A stretch of DNA of 64,000 nucleotides from Rhynchobatus australiae (GCA_034780895.1 JAUZTB010000063.1:15221956-15285955); one strand, 5' to 3'; shown: positions 13,460 through 26,710, numbered from the stretch's first letter. Translations and numbers: made by a program. The notes: generated by a model from the letters alone, not told the origin.

Positions 13460-13930
13460 CAAAGGAAAGAGCATTTCGTAGCGAATATCTCTGGGGAGTT
13501 CCTTTCATGTCTTGCACAGCCACATAACTGATGTTTGATGAAGAAATTCACTGTACTCACCTTTGAGAGACCTTACTTCATGCTCCACAGGGCGAGTTTG
13601 ATGGCAACAGATGATAGTTCACTTAAAGTCAGCTCTAGGGAAACAGCCCTATGTACACAAAGGGGAAATAGGCTTGAACTATCCAGGGATCCTGTTTTAC
13701 TGATGGTCTCTCTGTGGAAGACCTTTTGAATGTACCGTATAGGATTGGATGTATGTTAATGAAGGAGCTTCTACCTATGCACACAGCTGTGGGAATTCTT
13801 GCTATATATCTACTGAGTTGCGGAACCTGAATAAAGTGGAAGATGGTTCTCGTATTTCCTTGGGGCCTTATTATTAAGGACATTATATTAATGTGGATCT
13901 GAAGTTGTGTCTGGAGGGACAGCAGTGTTA
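13460..13930 (-). mobile_element. Possible highly decayed L1/Tx1 ORF2 3' remnant
   Basis: Minus-strand ...VYIGLFP... and ...IKLALWS... resemble Tx1 C-terminal motifs (YGLFP, KxALWS). Frameshifted. Confidence 0.3.
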
Positions 13931-15039
13931 TTGTCACTTCTAAAATTTAAAGCAAATGTCCTCCTGTGCTTCATGCAGTCTGGAAATAGAACATGAAAAT
14001 TATTAACACTAAATCAGTTTGTGGAAGAGACTGGTAGGTGTTATATATGCAATTTACCCAGTCTAACCTTCCTCCATGCGGTAAATGCAAGTACTTTATT
14101 CCCATGACAGACATGACCTGAATGATGAAAGGTGAGAGGCTTACGGAATTATTACAGAAGTTTTATGAAAAACTGTTTTATTTTGGTGTCTTTTGTGGTG
14201 TGGCTTTAGTGGTATGTCTTTCCCTATGTCTCTGCTGACTTCTACTGAGGTTCATTATTGTAGGTACTTGCTGCCAAATGGTGCCCAGTGCACAGATCCA
14301 GATTTTACTAGTGAGTTACTCTGGTAGACAGCTGGTGCAGAAACAATAGGCTGAATAGCCTCCTGTGTCCTAACTAGTCTCTGATCCTACAATCACGTCC
14401 ATGGGCTTTGGAGAGTTTTACATGCAAATGTCCGAAAACCTCCAGTCACATGGATAATACATTGCTCAGGCTTTCAGTGGGAACTTGGGTACTTGGAATC
14501 TTGAGTGAATTTTGTTTCAAATTGCTCTCCTGCTCCTGCCCAAGCACAGCCTTGGATAATGAAATCACAGAATCAATGCTGTCATACTCTGATCCAATAA
14601 ACCAGTGTTGACTGATGTGGAAATGTTCAGTTTTAAATATTAAAAAAAAACTTACCTTGCATTGTTGGAGATGGAATAATCGTAAATGTGCTACTACCAA
14701 GAATACCATATTAAGACCTGATGCTGCTCAGCTGTGATCTGCCTAGTCATTCATGAACTTGGCAAATTCAGGAGTAATACTTCATAGCATGTATATGTAT
14801 TTTGATGTCTCCTTTGGCAGGGCATTGTTACTGAAATGTGATACTGTTTCTGGTGCCAACAGTAGCAGTTATAGAAATGTACAGCTTTAAAAAGATAAAT
14901 TTATAACTCTGTTATTTCTTCAAAATGCTGTGCATTTGTCAAAGCTCTGTTGACATTCAGATTTCCAGCAGTCTATCTCTCTCTGAAAATCTTCTTTAGT
15001 TTAAAACAAAAAAAGTAAAACAAGAATATTTGACATCTA

Positions 15040-15290
15040 ACAAAGGGACCCATGTGAAATAGAAAAAAAAAGGGTGAACAAAGTAATCCCATAAGCCTGC
15101 CCTAGTATGATTCTGCCTGATCNNNNNNNNNNNNNNNNNNNNNNNNNNNNNAAATCCCTTGATACCCTTATTGTGCAAAAATTATTGATCCAGTCTTGAA
15201 TGTATTCAACTTCTACAGTCCTCTGAGCTAGAGAATTGCTAAGATTCACAATCTTTGGCTTGAAAAAATTTCATCTCATCTTTGTACTAA
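15040..15290 (-). mobile_element. CR1 3' fragment
   Basis: aaatcccttgataccctta...tccagtcttgaatgtattcaac...agagaattgctaagattcacaa is the typical reverse-strand CR1 end. Confidence 0.65.
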
Positions 15291-15427
15291 GTAGCTCTAT
15301 CGGGGAGACACGAGATGCTGGTCAACCTTCTGAGAACTTCTAATGTTACCTTGTTTAAGAATTTATTGCAAGTTTCTCTCAGGTTGCACTGAGTCACTGC
15401 TCACATTTCCACTTAACTTTTTTGCAG

Positions 15428-15572
15428 GTCTGGTCAAATTATGAGGAGCAGCCAACAGAAGAAGCTGTGCTGCAAGTTGCAGAGGAGAAGGAGCGCACAA
15501 CCAACTACAAGCCTGTTTTTGTCACTGAGATTACAGATGACCTTCACTTCTATGTCCAGGATGTTGAAACTG
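15428..15572 (+). CDS. SND1: SND1 (Tudor-SN) internal coding exon, 145 nt (equivalent to human exon ~18 by recall)
   Basis: Acceptor ttttttgcag|GTC and donor G|gtcagt. Translates [48 protein letters not shown](G), matching vertebrate SND1 ...[23 protein letters not shown]. Starts phase 0, ends phase 1. Confidence 0.97.
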
Positions 15573-16789
15573 GTCAGTACCCTTGGGCAGGAGTGTTTAA
15601 ACATGCTTACTCTTGACTAAGCTACATCTACGATATCCCTGTGAAAATGGTGTCACCAGTTATATAGCAGAAGCACATACACAACATAGCAATATTGTTT
15701 TCTTCAATATTGCTAGATATAATTGGAAGTTTGGGTTACATTGGAGCTGCTAAATAGCATTCAAATGTGTCCAGTGGAAAAACAACATGTTGCACTGCTT
15801 TTGTGCACTGTGATTCTCTCAGTTAAAATTTTCTCATTTACAAGTTTAAACTTGATATTTAATTTCCATGGTGGAGTTCTTAATTGCAACTGTCATCCTG
15901 GCAGAATTTACCAAATAGCTTCATGTAATGTACTGAAAGCAATATGGTTCAATAGTGACGGTGCTTGAGCAATGAATGTTTCACTAAGGCAATCTGTCAC
16001 TGATTTACACTGGTGTCATATATTGTACATTCCTAGAATATTTAATTACCCTTTTCAGCCAGCATTTTTGTTTTATTCTATAGTAATACATTGTTTCATA
16101 AATAAATATATAAAAGGTTTTTAGAACTTCTTGAACTGTATGATCAATCAGTCAACTACAAGTGGACAGTTGTCAGACTTTACATTACATCCAGTTCAGA
16201 AGACAGTCCAGGTAGGTTTTTTTTGTGCAAGTGGGCAATTTTCATAGTGCAAAAGATACTGGAGTAAGAAGATTAGCTCATGTTGTAAAAGATGAGGTTG
16301 TGAGCCAGCTTTATTCAGCCTTCAACTGATTCTGGCATGTGAACTGTGATAGTGGAAGCAGCAGGCAGTATTTTATCTGTGAAGTTTAATGTTATCATGA
16401 CATTTATTGTTGTGGGAGATGGTTTGCTTTCTGAAGAAGGTAATTAAAGTAATGGGGACAGCAAATGGGGAAATTTGGTCAATCAATGGCTAGATATTCT
16501 GAATAGCAGCTAATATGAAATTATAGGAGGTAACACAAAGTTAGGATGTCTAGCAAAGAGTTCTTTCAAAGGCATAACAAAGGGTCAAGTGGCACATTAT
16601 GGAACATAGATGTGAATGCTGCTTGGCCCACTGGTCTTATATAAGATTCTCAAGTGAAACAAGATTGATGGAAGACCAACCTATATCAGTAACTATGACT
16701 CCATACTGTAGATAGTTTGCAATTTCACCCTAACTCGGTTCACTTTTTCATTGATAATGGACAGTTTGAGACAGGTGGGGGAGCCTTCT

Positions 16790-17040
16790 GCCCATCATTT
16801 CCTTCTTCCCCCCGCCCCCCCACTTCATCTGGTTCCACCTATACCTATCAGCCTCTGTTCTCACCCTTCCCTCTCACTTCGAGCTATCTTCCCTCAGCAC
16901 TCTCAGTCCTGATGTAGGGTCTCAATTCGAAATGTTGACCATCTCTTTACCTCCACAGATGTCACTCAACCTTGTGAGTTCTTCCAGCAGTTAATCTTCT
17001 TGCTCCAGATTCCAGAAGCTGCAGTTAATCATGTCTCCTT
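16790..17040 (+). mobile_element. Penelope-like pLTR fragment with a degenerate hammerhead motif
   Basis: Pyrimidine-rich run, then cagtcCTGATGTagggtctcaattcGAAAtgttgac, then cagatgtcactcaaccttgtgagttcttccagca. Confidence 0.7.
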
Positions 17041-17279
17041 CACAAGTTCTTAACCTGGGGTGGTCAGTGGAGACTTATGCAACACCAAACCAACACTGTA
17101 CTTGATGAAATGGTTGATTAATCAGTGCAGGCAGAATTTTATTCTGCTTCTAACTTTTTATTAGACCTTATATTTTTACATTGGCACTCAACACAGAAAT
17201 TCTCTTTCACAATAGTTGAGATTTTTTGAAAACATGCATTTTACAAATCAGCGGATATTTTTGATTGATTTATGGGAAG

Positions 17280-17740
17280 TTTACACTGCTGGGAAGGCCA
17301 GAATTTATTTCACATCCCTTAATTACTGTTGAGATGTTGAGTATGAGCTATCTTCTGGAACATTGCCAACCTCACGATGCAAGTACTCCCAACAGTTGGG
17401 TAGGAGTTCCATTATTTAGGTCGAGCAAAGATAAAAAAGAGAAGTACTTCCAAAACAGATAGAATGTGACTATGAGAGGAACTTGCAAGTGATGAATTCT
17501 GTATGCCCAATGACCTTGTCCTTCTTGATGATTGTTACAGATTTGGGAGATATTGAGGAAAAAGCCTTGGTTAATTGCCGTTAGAGTATTTTGCAGTTGG
17601 TACATACTGCAGCCATAATATACCAGTAGTGGAGCGATTGACTGTCTAAGATAATGGATGACATGCTAATTAAAGGTTTGCTATGTCCTGGAAGGTGTCA
17701 GACTTTTGGTGTTATTGAAATTACATATATCCAGGCAAGT
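17280..17740 (-). mobile_element. CR1-clade LINE 3' fragment (same family as 28050-29790)
   Basis: ctgggaaggccagaatttatttcacatcccttaatt is the reverse of the tail. A similar copy lies at ~53055-53600. Confidence 0.6.
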
Positions 17741-19924
17741 TACACTGAGCTTCTTTCAGACTAATCTTTAGAATCAAGATAATATGAGTGCAGTTAAAGT
17801 GAATGTATAGATATTAGAACAGACTAGGGAACAGAAAAAAGATTCCTCGTTGCCAAGTTCTTGTTTAATTTTCCAATGAGTGATATTTTTCCAGATCCTT
17901 TGCTTAATTATTCACCCAGCCACTGTAGGAAAAATTGTGTTGTGACAGATACCAATGCAGTCTGTATGAGTTCTTTCTTGAACACTTAATAGAAATTGGG
18001 CAAATGCCTTTTACTTTCCTAAAAATACGTGAATATGGATATTTGATGGGTTAAAATTAGGATTGTTCTTGATAGGGTTTCTTTCTTCCTTTTGCCAATT
18101 CCTTCTCCCAAAGGTTAAATATCATGTCACCAGTCACACTTAATTGACTAACCATCTGGGATAGATTCCCTTTGCTGACTGGAGCAATTCCCAGATTCAT
18201 TCTGAATATCAGAATGTTGTCTACATGTTTTCTTTTGTCTCAGAACCTCCATAGTTGAAAGCCTCTAATTAGTATTATGTGGTATCTGAAGAGAAAAGTG
18301 TCTTTAGCCTATGCACTTAGTCGGAAGTTTGCCGCGTTAGTTCATTAGAATAAAATGTATTAAGAAGTATAAAGAATTAGATGTTGAATACTGACAAGGC
18401 TTTTGAGAAATGCTGATTTCCCTATTACTATGGTACTTTTAGCTTAATTGTTCATCCAACCGCAGTTGAAATAATTGTGTTGTGACAGAAAAACCATTGT
18501 GGTATCTTTGAGTTCCTTACTTAACTCTTTTTTGTCAGAAGCTGCACAACTGCCTTTTCACATTCACTAAGGTTTCTATCTTCAAGACTAGCACATTTTT
18601 AAACGAAGAAGACCATTCCATGCCTTCTGAATATAGTATAGTTTGAAATATAGCACAAAATGTCAAAAAACCTACCTATTTTTAGAGTTTAATCTTTAAG
18701 GTAAGATCTCCAGAATCATATCTGTCTTGATCCCATTTTAAAGTATAAATTCCATTTCAATAATATCTAAAATAACTTATTCTTCAGTTCTTTTGGTTGT
18801 ATTGAGTTGAGGGGTAAGAAAAATGGTCTTTCTTTAGTTCTTGTAGTCATAAGTACTCAATTTGGGGTCCAGTCATTTGCACCAGCTAAATCACCAAAAA
18901 GTCTGGTGTTTTCCCAAGTACAAAATGAGAGAATAGAGTACGAATCAAGGTGTGAAGGTGTCTATTTGATAGAACATTGTGGAGGAAAAAACAGTATCTA
19001 AAATTGAAATTTTGGCATTTACATATAGAAATTTCTATCCAGTCAGCTTGTAAGATGGATATCTAGTTCAAAACTCAAGAAGTAGCAAACCCCCACACAA
19101 GGAGACATAGGTTTAATGACCAACTAACTGTTATCAGACATACCATCATGATACTAACTTAATGACAAAGTTTTGCACTACTTATGTATGGAATGATCTC
19201 TCAGGATGGAAGTAAACAGAAGCGTTTCTCTGTACCTCAGTGCATCTGACAATAATAAACCAATACCAGTACATTTATGTTAGCTCCTTTCATAATGAGG
19301 CACCCTAAAGTGTTTTACAACAAAATAATTTTGAATTAGCGCAGCTCTTAAAACAAAAAATGACTGATACTGACGAAGTTCCCATGTGGCTATTGCTAAC
19401 CTGGTGCTATCTCCACAGAATGGCCACAGAAGTATGCCCCCAGATGAGTAGCAGCTTCTTCCCAGCTGCCTGTCTTGAACAGTCTTACTCTCACAACAAC
19501 ATCCCATAAAAAGCAATGTGACAGTAGATTATCTGCCTTACTGGTGTCAATTGAGAGTTAAATATTGGTCCCAGGATAGTAAGTTCTATTTCTGTCTGGA
19601 GTGAAAACTGACTGTGACATTTTGTTACCATGGGTGCCAACTGGAAAAGAGCACAATCTGAATCAACTAATACTATGATAGTCTTGGAAGAGATAAAAGC
19701 AATCATNNNNNNNNNNNNNNNNNNNNNNNNNNNNNNNNNNNNNNNNNNNNNNNNNNNNNNNNNNNNNNNNNNNNNNNNNNNNNNNNNNNNNNNNNNNNNN
19801 NNNNNNAATATAGCAGCATAAATCATTAAATAACACCATAGTGAGTCCAGCCAGTGAAGGGAGGAAGACATGGTATATATGTGCGTGTGTGTATATGTAT
19901 GTATGGGGGTGTCAATCCATGTTC

Positions 19925-20165
19925 AACAATTTAACAGCTTTGGGAAAAAAACTGTTTCAGTCTTGTGGTGTGTGCATGTATTGTCCTGTATCGCCTGCCA
20001 GAGGGGGATAGTTTAAAGAGGTGGTGAGCAGGATGAGCTGATTCTCGGATGATGGTTAAAGCCCTGCTCCGACACTGGGCCTGATAGATATCCTCCATCA
20101 TTGATAACTGAGTCCCAGTAATGTTTTGGGCCATCCTGATGACCAATAAGCAGACTGTATCCAGT
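19925..20165 (-). mobile_element. Rex1/Babar LINE ORF2 C-terminal fragment
   Basis: ORF 19931-20146 ...IIRESAHPAHHLFKLSPSGRRYRTIHAHTTRLKQ matches the Rex1/Babar HP-x-HxLFxLLPSGRRYRS motif. Confidence 0.85.
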
Positions 20166-21829
20166 TGGTACGTACTACATTGACACCTCCTCAGTGTCAG
20201 TCACCTCAGACACCAAGTAAGAAGCTTGACAGGACAGGCAGCTTCCTGCACCGTGTACCAGGATTTAACTTGAATAGTTTAATATTTGGCCAGTGTAGAT
20301 ATATGCTGAGTGGCCTCATTCTGTGCTGTAAATTTCTATGGTTCAGTTGTACAGTGTAGTTAGCTTTTTCTCACAAAACCCAAATGAAAACTTTAAAGCC
20401 ACTTTGATTCTTTTAGTTTAATTGTGCTAATTTTTAATGAGTTTAAAAATTCATTCAAACCTGTCTTTTTCAACCCTTTGTTTCCATTTCATCAACCATT
20501 GTTGAAGTGATTGGATAGAATTAGCATACTGGTATGATATTTAGTTCCTTTGGCTGTAAAAGGCATCTAGTAACTCTGGTGGTCTGTGACCCTCTAGATT
20601 TGATTTCATTGATTTTTTTATTCCCAGAGATTGCAAGAGAGTATTACTAAATTGTGTTCTGACTATCTGGAAAGCCAATTGGAAAGGCAATTGGAAAGGG
20701 AGCCACAGTAGCACATGTTATCCATATAAAACAACTTTTCTATTGAGGGATAGTACAGCATTTCTCTGTGATATTCTGGTGGGAATCCAATGCAGTTCAA
20801 TAACTTGACCAGGCATGTAATGAAGACATTTACCCAAATTAATATATGAGGGGCTGCAAGATGTGTAGTTATGTTTGTTTAACCAGTTTTCTGACTGACC
20901 ACAACAGCAAGCTGCAAGAGATTTTTAAAAACACAGAATGAAATTGACAATTGCAGCAATTCCATTCTAGTTCACTGGTTGTGCTTTGAACCTTGACCAA
21001 TCTATAGTCCCACTTCAGTTAGATCTTCCATTAATTCTTATTAGTTTAGTTTCTTGCAGCTCTGTGTTAGAGAGCATGCTGCTATAATTCATTAATCAAG
21101 AGAAGTAGAAGTGTCACTTTGAGAATGACTCTCCAGTTTATTTTCGGAAATCCATTCACTGAACTGCTCACTGGCTCCCAGCCTCCAGCAATGTACTACT
21201 CCGGGTTGTTCTCCAAAAGGTGAAGTCGCTTCAGCCACCATCGAGGATCAGGGCCAGCAAAAAGCAGACAGTGTGGGTTGGTGCCTTTCACCCAACTTAT
21301 ACCCTACACAGACAGCAGTGAGTTGGTTCCCTTTACTCAATATGTACTGTACCAAGCTGAGTGAAAGTAGTTAGCCTACCCTCAACATATTTTGGTGAAC
21401 TAATGCTGACATGGCCAGCTGGAAAATACAAGTTGAAGTGAATTGTTCTGTTTTACACACAATCCTTTTCAAGAGCTCTTTTTGCTCAAGCTCAAAGGAT
21501 TGAGGCCAATTGTAACCACTACTTCACTGCTCCAGCAACATTCAGCTCACTAGTAAATAATTTGAATCTTGGACTCAGTTTATTCATGCAATTTAGAGGA
21601 TGCACTCTCAATGCTATCATATGAATATGGCAAATGGCAACAGTGCCTATTTTAATGATGTAAGAATCTCATATATGTATATGACAGGATGTAAATCACA
21701 ACAAAACCACTAAATATTTAATTGGATAAAAACATTCTGTTCCAGTTGAATCACTGTGAAATTATTATTTATAAACTTCAGTGAATGATATTTTAGATTT
21801 GGAATAATTTGCAACAACATAAATTTGTG

Positions 21830-22290
21830 TTGATAAAATGTCCTTAATGTTGTAAAATGTCTTGTGCCCTTCACAGGAGCATTATTGAATAAAATTGACA
21901 CCAAACTCCATAATATGATATTGTGGCAGATGAGTAAAAACTTGCTAAAAGAGAGAGGTTTTGAAGAGTGCCTTAAAGGAAGCGAAAAAAAAGTAGAACA
22001 ACAGAGTCTTTAAAGGAGGTGGTGCCAGTGCTTAGGTCCTTGGCAGTTGAAGGCAGTAGTGAAGTGTTTAAATCCCTGGTGATCAAGAAGCCAGAGTTGT
22101 AAGACCACATCTCTAAGGGGGAGTAATCAGTGGGGATGGTTGTGGCCAAGGAGGGTTTTAAAAAAGAACATAATTGAAAATCAAGGCATGTTTAATTCTG
22201 AGCCATTATAGATTAAGTAAGAACAGGTGCGGTGATTAAATGGGATAGAGTTGAGACAGGAATGTTTTGGGTGATCTCACATTTACTAAA
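21830..22290 (-). mobile_element. L2 LINE 3' fragment
   Basis: aaaagagagaggttttgaagagtgccttaaagga...ccagtgcttaggtccttggcagttgaaggc is the reverse of the L2 end. Similar pieces lie at ~33050-33250 (+) and ~44440-44610 (-). Confidence 0.6.
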
Positions 22291-23709
22291 TAGAAGAAAT
22301 CTCCATATGTTGTTAAATTCCTGTTCTTAATTTATTTCAACTAGCTACCTGTGTGTTTATGTTCTTTCTGGACACTTCCTGAAACCACTGTAGAAAGCTA
22401 ATATTTTGTGTTTATCATTGATTTGGCAGCACCTAACATATTATCTGGTTTTGGAAGTCTTGCATAAGAAGGAAGTCAGGACCATGGAATGAGTACAGAT
22501 TCTAAACATGGATTAGGGGCTGAGACTTGTTTCAGCAAAACATTTTAAAGGAAGTTCATGTTCAGAATTGTGAAGTGCCTTGATGAATTATGTTAGGAGA
22601 GACTGTTTATATTGACCTGAAATGAGGGAGCATAAATCTCCAAATCAAGATGAGAGATTGAAGAGTTTTTTCACAAAGAGGTGAATGAGGACATGGAATT
22701 CTCANNNNNNNNNNNNNNNNNNNNNNNNNNNNNNNNNNNNNNNNNNNNNNNNNNNNNNNNNNNNNNNNNNNNNNNNNNNNNNNNNNNNNNNNNNNNNNNN
22801 NNNNNNNNNNNNNNNNNNNNNNNNNNNNNNNNNNNNNNNNNNNNNNNNNNNNNNNNNNNNNNNNNNNNNNNNNNNNNNNNNNNNNNNNNNNNNNNNNNNN
22901 NNNNNNNNNNNNNNNNNNNNNNNNNNNNNNNNNNNNNNNNNNNNNNNNNNNNNNNNNNNNNNNNNNNNNNNNNNNNNNNNNNNNNNNNNNNNNNNNNNNN
23001 NNNNNNNNNNNNNNNNNNNNNNNNNGAAACCAATATAATTACATTTTCTGCTTTTTAGTTTACCAAACTCTTAATTTTTCACTATTATCAGATCACTTAC
23101 TAACACTTCTTGTTCCATTGAGAATTACACTGAGTTCCTTAGTTCCTTCTCATAACTTAGACCTTGCAATCTTAATTTTCGTGTCCTCTCCCTGGCTTTG
23201 ACAAATTTTCCTGAGGCAGCCCTTGGTAACCACCAGATAGGACCTTTTGCTTAGTTACTGTCTTTTAGTTGTGCTCTGAAAGAAATATTGATGCTTTTGT
23301 TCTTTTGGTTCACGACCAAAGCTGTGGGACAGCAGCCACAGTAAATAGTTGCTTTCACAGGACAATTAACCCAAAAACCAATCNNNNNNNNNNNNNNNNN
23401 NNNNNNNNNNNNNNNNNNNNNNNNNNNNNNNNNNNNNNNNNNNNNNNNNNNNNNNNNNNNNNNNNNNNNNNNNNNNNNNNNNNNNNNNNNNNNNNNNNNN
23501 NNNNNNNNNNNNNNNNNNNNNNNNNNNNNNNNNNNNNNNNNNNNNNNNNNNNNNNNNNNNNCGGGTTATTGTGTTTTATTTTTGTCTCCTAATGTATTAA
23601 TAATATAAAGGCTCTGGAATGGTGCAGAGGAGAACCCAAATTTAATTATCAATTTAAAGCGTTACTTATCCAGATAGACTCAAGGAATTGGACCTGTATA
23701 TTTTACATA

Positions 23710-23915
23710 ATAAAAGCAGAAAATACTGGAGACACTCAGCAGGTCAGGGAGTATCTGACGTAAAAGAAACAGACGTACTGTTGCTCGACAAAGATCTGAC
23801 GAAGGGTCTTCAACCCGAAACATTAACTCTGTTTCTCTTTCCACTGAAGCTGCCTGATCTCCTGACTGTTTCCAGCATTCTCTGTTTTTATTTTGGATTT
23901 CCATAATTTGCAGTT
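23710..23915. mobile_element. Compact Penelope-like fold-back element with an intact hammerhead core
   Basis: Arm aaaagcagaaaatactggagacactcagcaggtcagg (~23712-23748) is inverted against cctgatctcctgactgtttccagcattctctgtttt (~23852-23889). CTGACGA...GAAAC lies between them. Confidence 0.75.
23792..23828 (+). ncRNA. Minimal type I hammerhead ribozyme-like motif (PLE-associated)
   Basis: agat-CTGACGA-a-GGGT-cttca-ACCC-GAAAC-att-aact. Both conserved core boxes and a 4-bp stem II are present; stems I and III are imperfect. Confidence 0.55.
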
Positions 23916-24059
23916 CTTAAAATTTTCCATTTACTGTATGTTTTAGAGAAGTTTAAGGTTATTTGGTTGAGATTTTTTAACAGTGTAGGGGCTAGACTCT
24001 TGTGCAGCAATCAGCAGCTGCAAGGAAGAATCAGGGATTATGATCATAAATTAGAATAA

Positions 24060-24400
24060 AGAAAACTGAGAGGAGATTTAATTGAGGGAGTACAAAATTA
24101 TGAGAGGCCTAAACAAGGCAGATGGGAAGGACGTATTTCCCTTGGCTAAAAGGTTGATAACTCGGGAACATCAGTTTACATTAGTTGGTAGAATGATTAA
24201 ACAAAAATTGAGGAAAAATGTGTTCACTCAAAGCTCAGTGAGGTCTAGAATTCATGTATTCAAGGCGGCTGGATGAGTGCTTGAACACTAGGGAGCTCTG
24301 GAGTGGGACTAATCTAAATACTGTATTTTGGGCAGCATTACTCCACTTTTGACATGATCAACTGAATGGCCTCAATCTGTGCCACAAATATTAGTGATTT
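24060..24400 (+). mobile_element. CR1 3' fragment
   Basis: ORF 24082-24276 YKIMRGLNKADGKDVFPLA...TREHQF...RKNVFTQ is CR1 ORF2 C-terminus. Confidence 0.8.
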
Positions 24401-26444
24401 TATGTGGTTTATCGCCTGTCCCAGGGGAAAGCACGCCTTTATTTAATTGGGGATATTATAGACTAGGTTCAGTTCCCAAGTCCATCTTAAACTGGCTGCT
24501 CTTAGCTGATGGAAGCTATGATTACTGTGGCTAAAGGTTACAAAATCACTGATAATTTGCAGTCCAGAACATCTATCACAACCCTTGAACAATGTGCCTA
24601 TTAATGGGAAAGCTTGGACTGAACTCTACAGTCAAATTAGCTGTCAAAGTGATTGCATGAAGAATTAGGTTTGACGTCTGTATTTTTGACTTGTTTGTTG
24701 CAATTTTTTCCAAAGTAATTTGCCTGTTAGCCACGTAATAAACAAAGGACCAAAATTAGATTTGTGTCATTGTGACGTTTTCAGCATTCTCCTTCAAAGT
24801 AGGGGCTGAATGACATGGTCTGACCCACATACTGTGGTGAGCCCAGATATGCTCAACTCATGAGCTGATTCATCGATCCCTTGCTTTTCCTAATTAGTGA
24901 ATTTAATTAGTAGAGCCTTGTTCTCCGGTTCACATCCAGGCTCCATGCCAGATGAGCAGTTTGACACAGTGACATCTTCATAAGCCTCAGCTGCCAGTAG
25001 CATCCGCCATAAGGGATGAGACATTTGCTAATGTGTGGTCTACTTCAGATCCCTGGCCTCTATCCCCAACTCTTCTTGCTGAGCCAATAGGGATATGGAA
25101 AGGAAAAGCTCCTGCCTGACTGAACTGCTTCCTCTGCCTGAATTCTATGGAATTTAATAATAATCCAATAACGTTGTAAGTCCAGGAGAAAATGTTCCCT
25201 TCAGACAGAGTGTGGTTTGCATATTGGCAGTTTTTGTGCCAGTGGTTTGACTAATTTTATATTCAAATTAGGATTTCTGCAGCAATGTATTATTTGTCAC
25301 TTATATCTGTTTAAGTTTTTTTTGGTAAAAGATCCAATTTCTGTCTGCTTTCTAGACAACTGAAGAGGTATGTGCCACCAATGTACCACACACATCTGTG
25401 TGATCAGTCAACTTCTGGAAGTATAGACTTTGATGTGTTTAGTGTCTGTCCCTATGATAAAGCATACCAGTCTGAAAAGCAGACCAATGACAAACAGCAA
25501 GGAAACAGTGCTAGAAGGGGGAATGAAGCTTCACCCATTTTTTTCATTCTGTGATTTCATCTCTTGGAAAGAATTAGTACAAATGTAAGGAGATGTTCAG
25601 GGATTTTAGGTATCTTCATCAGTCCACTATCGTGTTATGAAAATTTTGAAATATGTAGATTAGTTTGATTTTAGTCATCCAAGATTTCTCCAGCTTGGGT
25701 ATAAGTCATGGAATGCTGCCTGACCAGTGTTAACATTAATGGTGCTTGCTGTGGATCTCGACTTTGAAGGGGTAAGAAAGTTTAAAGAGTTGCCTGTAAG
25801 GTTTATTAGGAGCAGCCACATTCCATTAACATTGTTTCACCTGGAAGACTGGAGTACTTCACTTTCATGGTGTCCCTAATTTGATTTGGAGAGGTCAGAT
25901 TGTCATAAATCCAGCTCTGTTAGCCCAGTGAGGCTACAATTCTGCCAATGGATGAAATAATAATCACCATGGGTTCGAAGTCTTCTTCCATTCTTGAGCT
26001 TTCCAGCAAATGAAATAAACCTTTGGCATCATTGAAGCAAAGTTGTTATTTCCTAGCTGCCCAACTACCTTTCACCCTCCATCTTATCCAATCCCCAACT
26101 ATGTTGAATATCTTGCTTCCTTGGGCTAAATCTTTTATTCGCTGACTCAGCATTATGATACTATGGTATTGATGAAAATTGGATATGTTGTGGTGGCAGA
26201 ATTTGCAGTGCTGTGAATAGTTGCAATTAAATGTAAATGGTAGAGCCCTGGGCTCAGAATTTATTCAGATCTGCATTATGCTCCATATGCTGTTTCATGC
26301 ACAGGATAGAGAAAAATAAAAAGCAATCGATTGGTGAAAAAGCCCATGGGCAGAAAAGCATTTACTTATTCTCCGTTTGATATTTTATACAACTACCTCC
26401 TAATTCAGCTGGCTTTTCTTCACGTGGGAGATTATAGCTATCAT

Positions 26445-26710
26445 TTTCTTAATGTGGAAAGGAGAAACCCGAGGGTGATCTGATAAAAGTTCTTTAAATC
26501 AGGAAAAGATTTAATAATACAGATGTAGAGATCTTTTCATATCATGGAGTCCAAAACTAGGGCTACTGTCATAGATTAGTCACAAATAAATCTAGGGAAT
26601 TCAGAAGAAGAACTGTTTACTCAGAATGGTGAGAATGAGAAACGCACTGCCACATGGAGCAGCTGTGGTGAATGGTAGAAATGGATTTACGGAGGAGCTA
26701 AACAAGTATG
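26445..26710 (+). mobile_element. CR1 3' fragment
   Basis: gagggtgatctgataaaagt...tttactcagaatggtgagaatgagaaacgcactgccacatggagc. Confidence 0.65.

Noticed and set aside
1-15427. Expected preceding SND1 exon and the nested LRRC4 gene
   Set aside because: No matching peptide (e.g. MDKAGNFIGWL) or long LRR ORF was seen. They presumably lie upstream of the window; the small exon could also be hidden in a gap.
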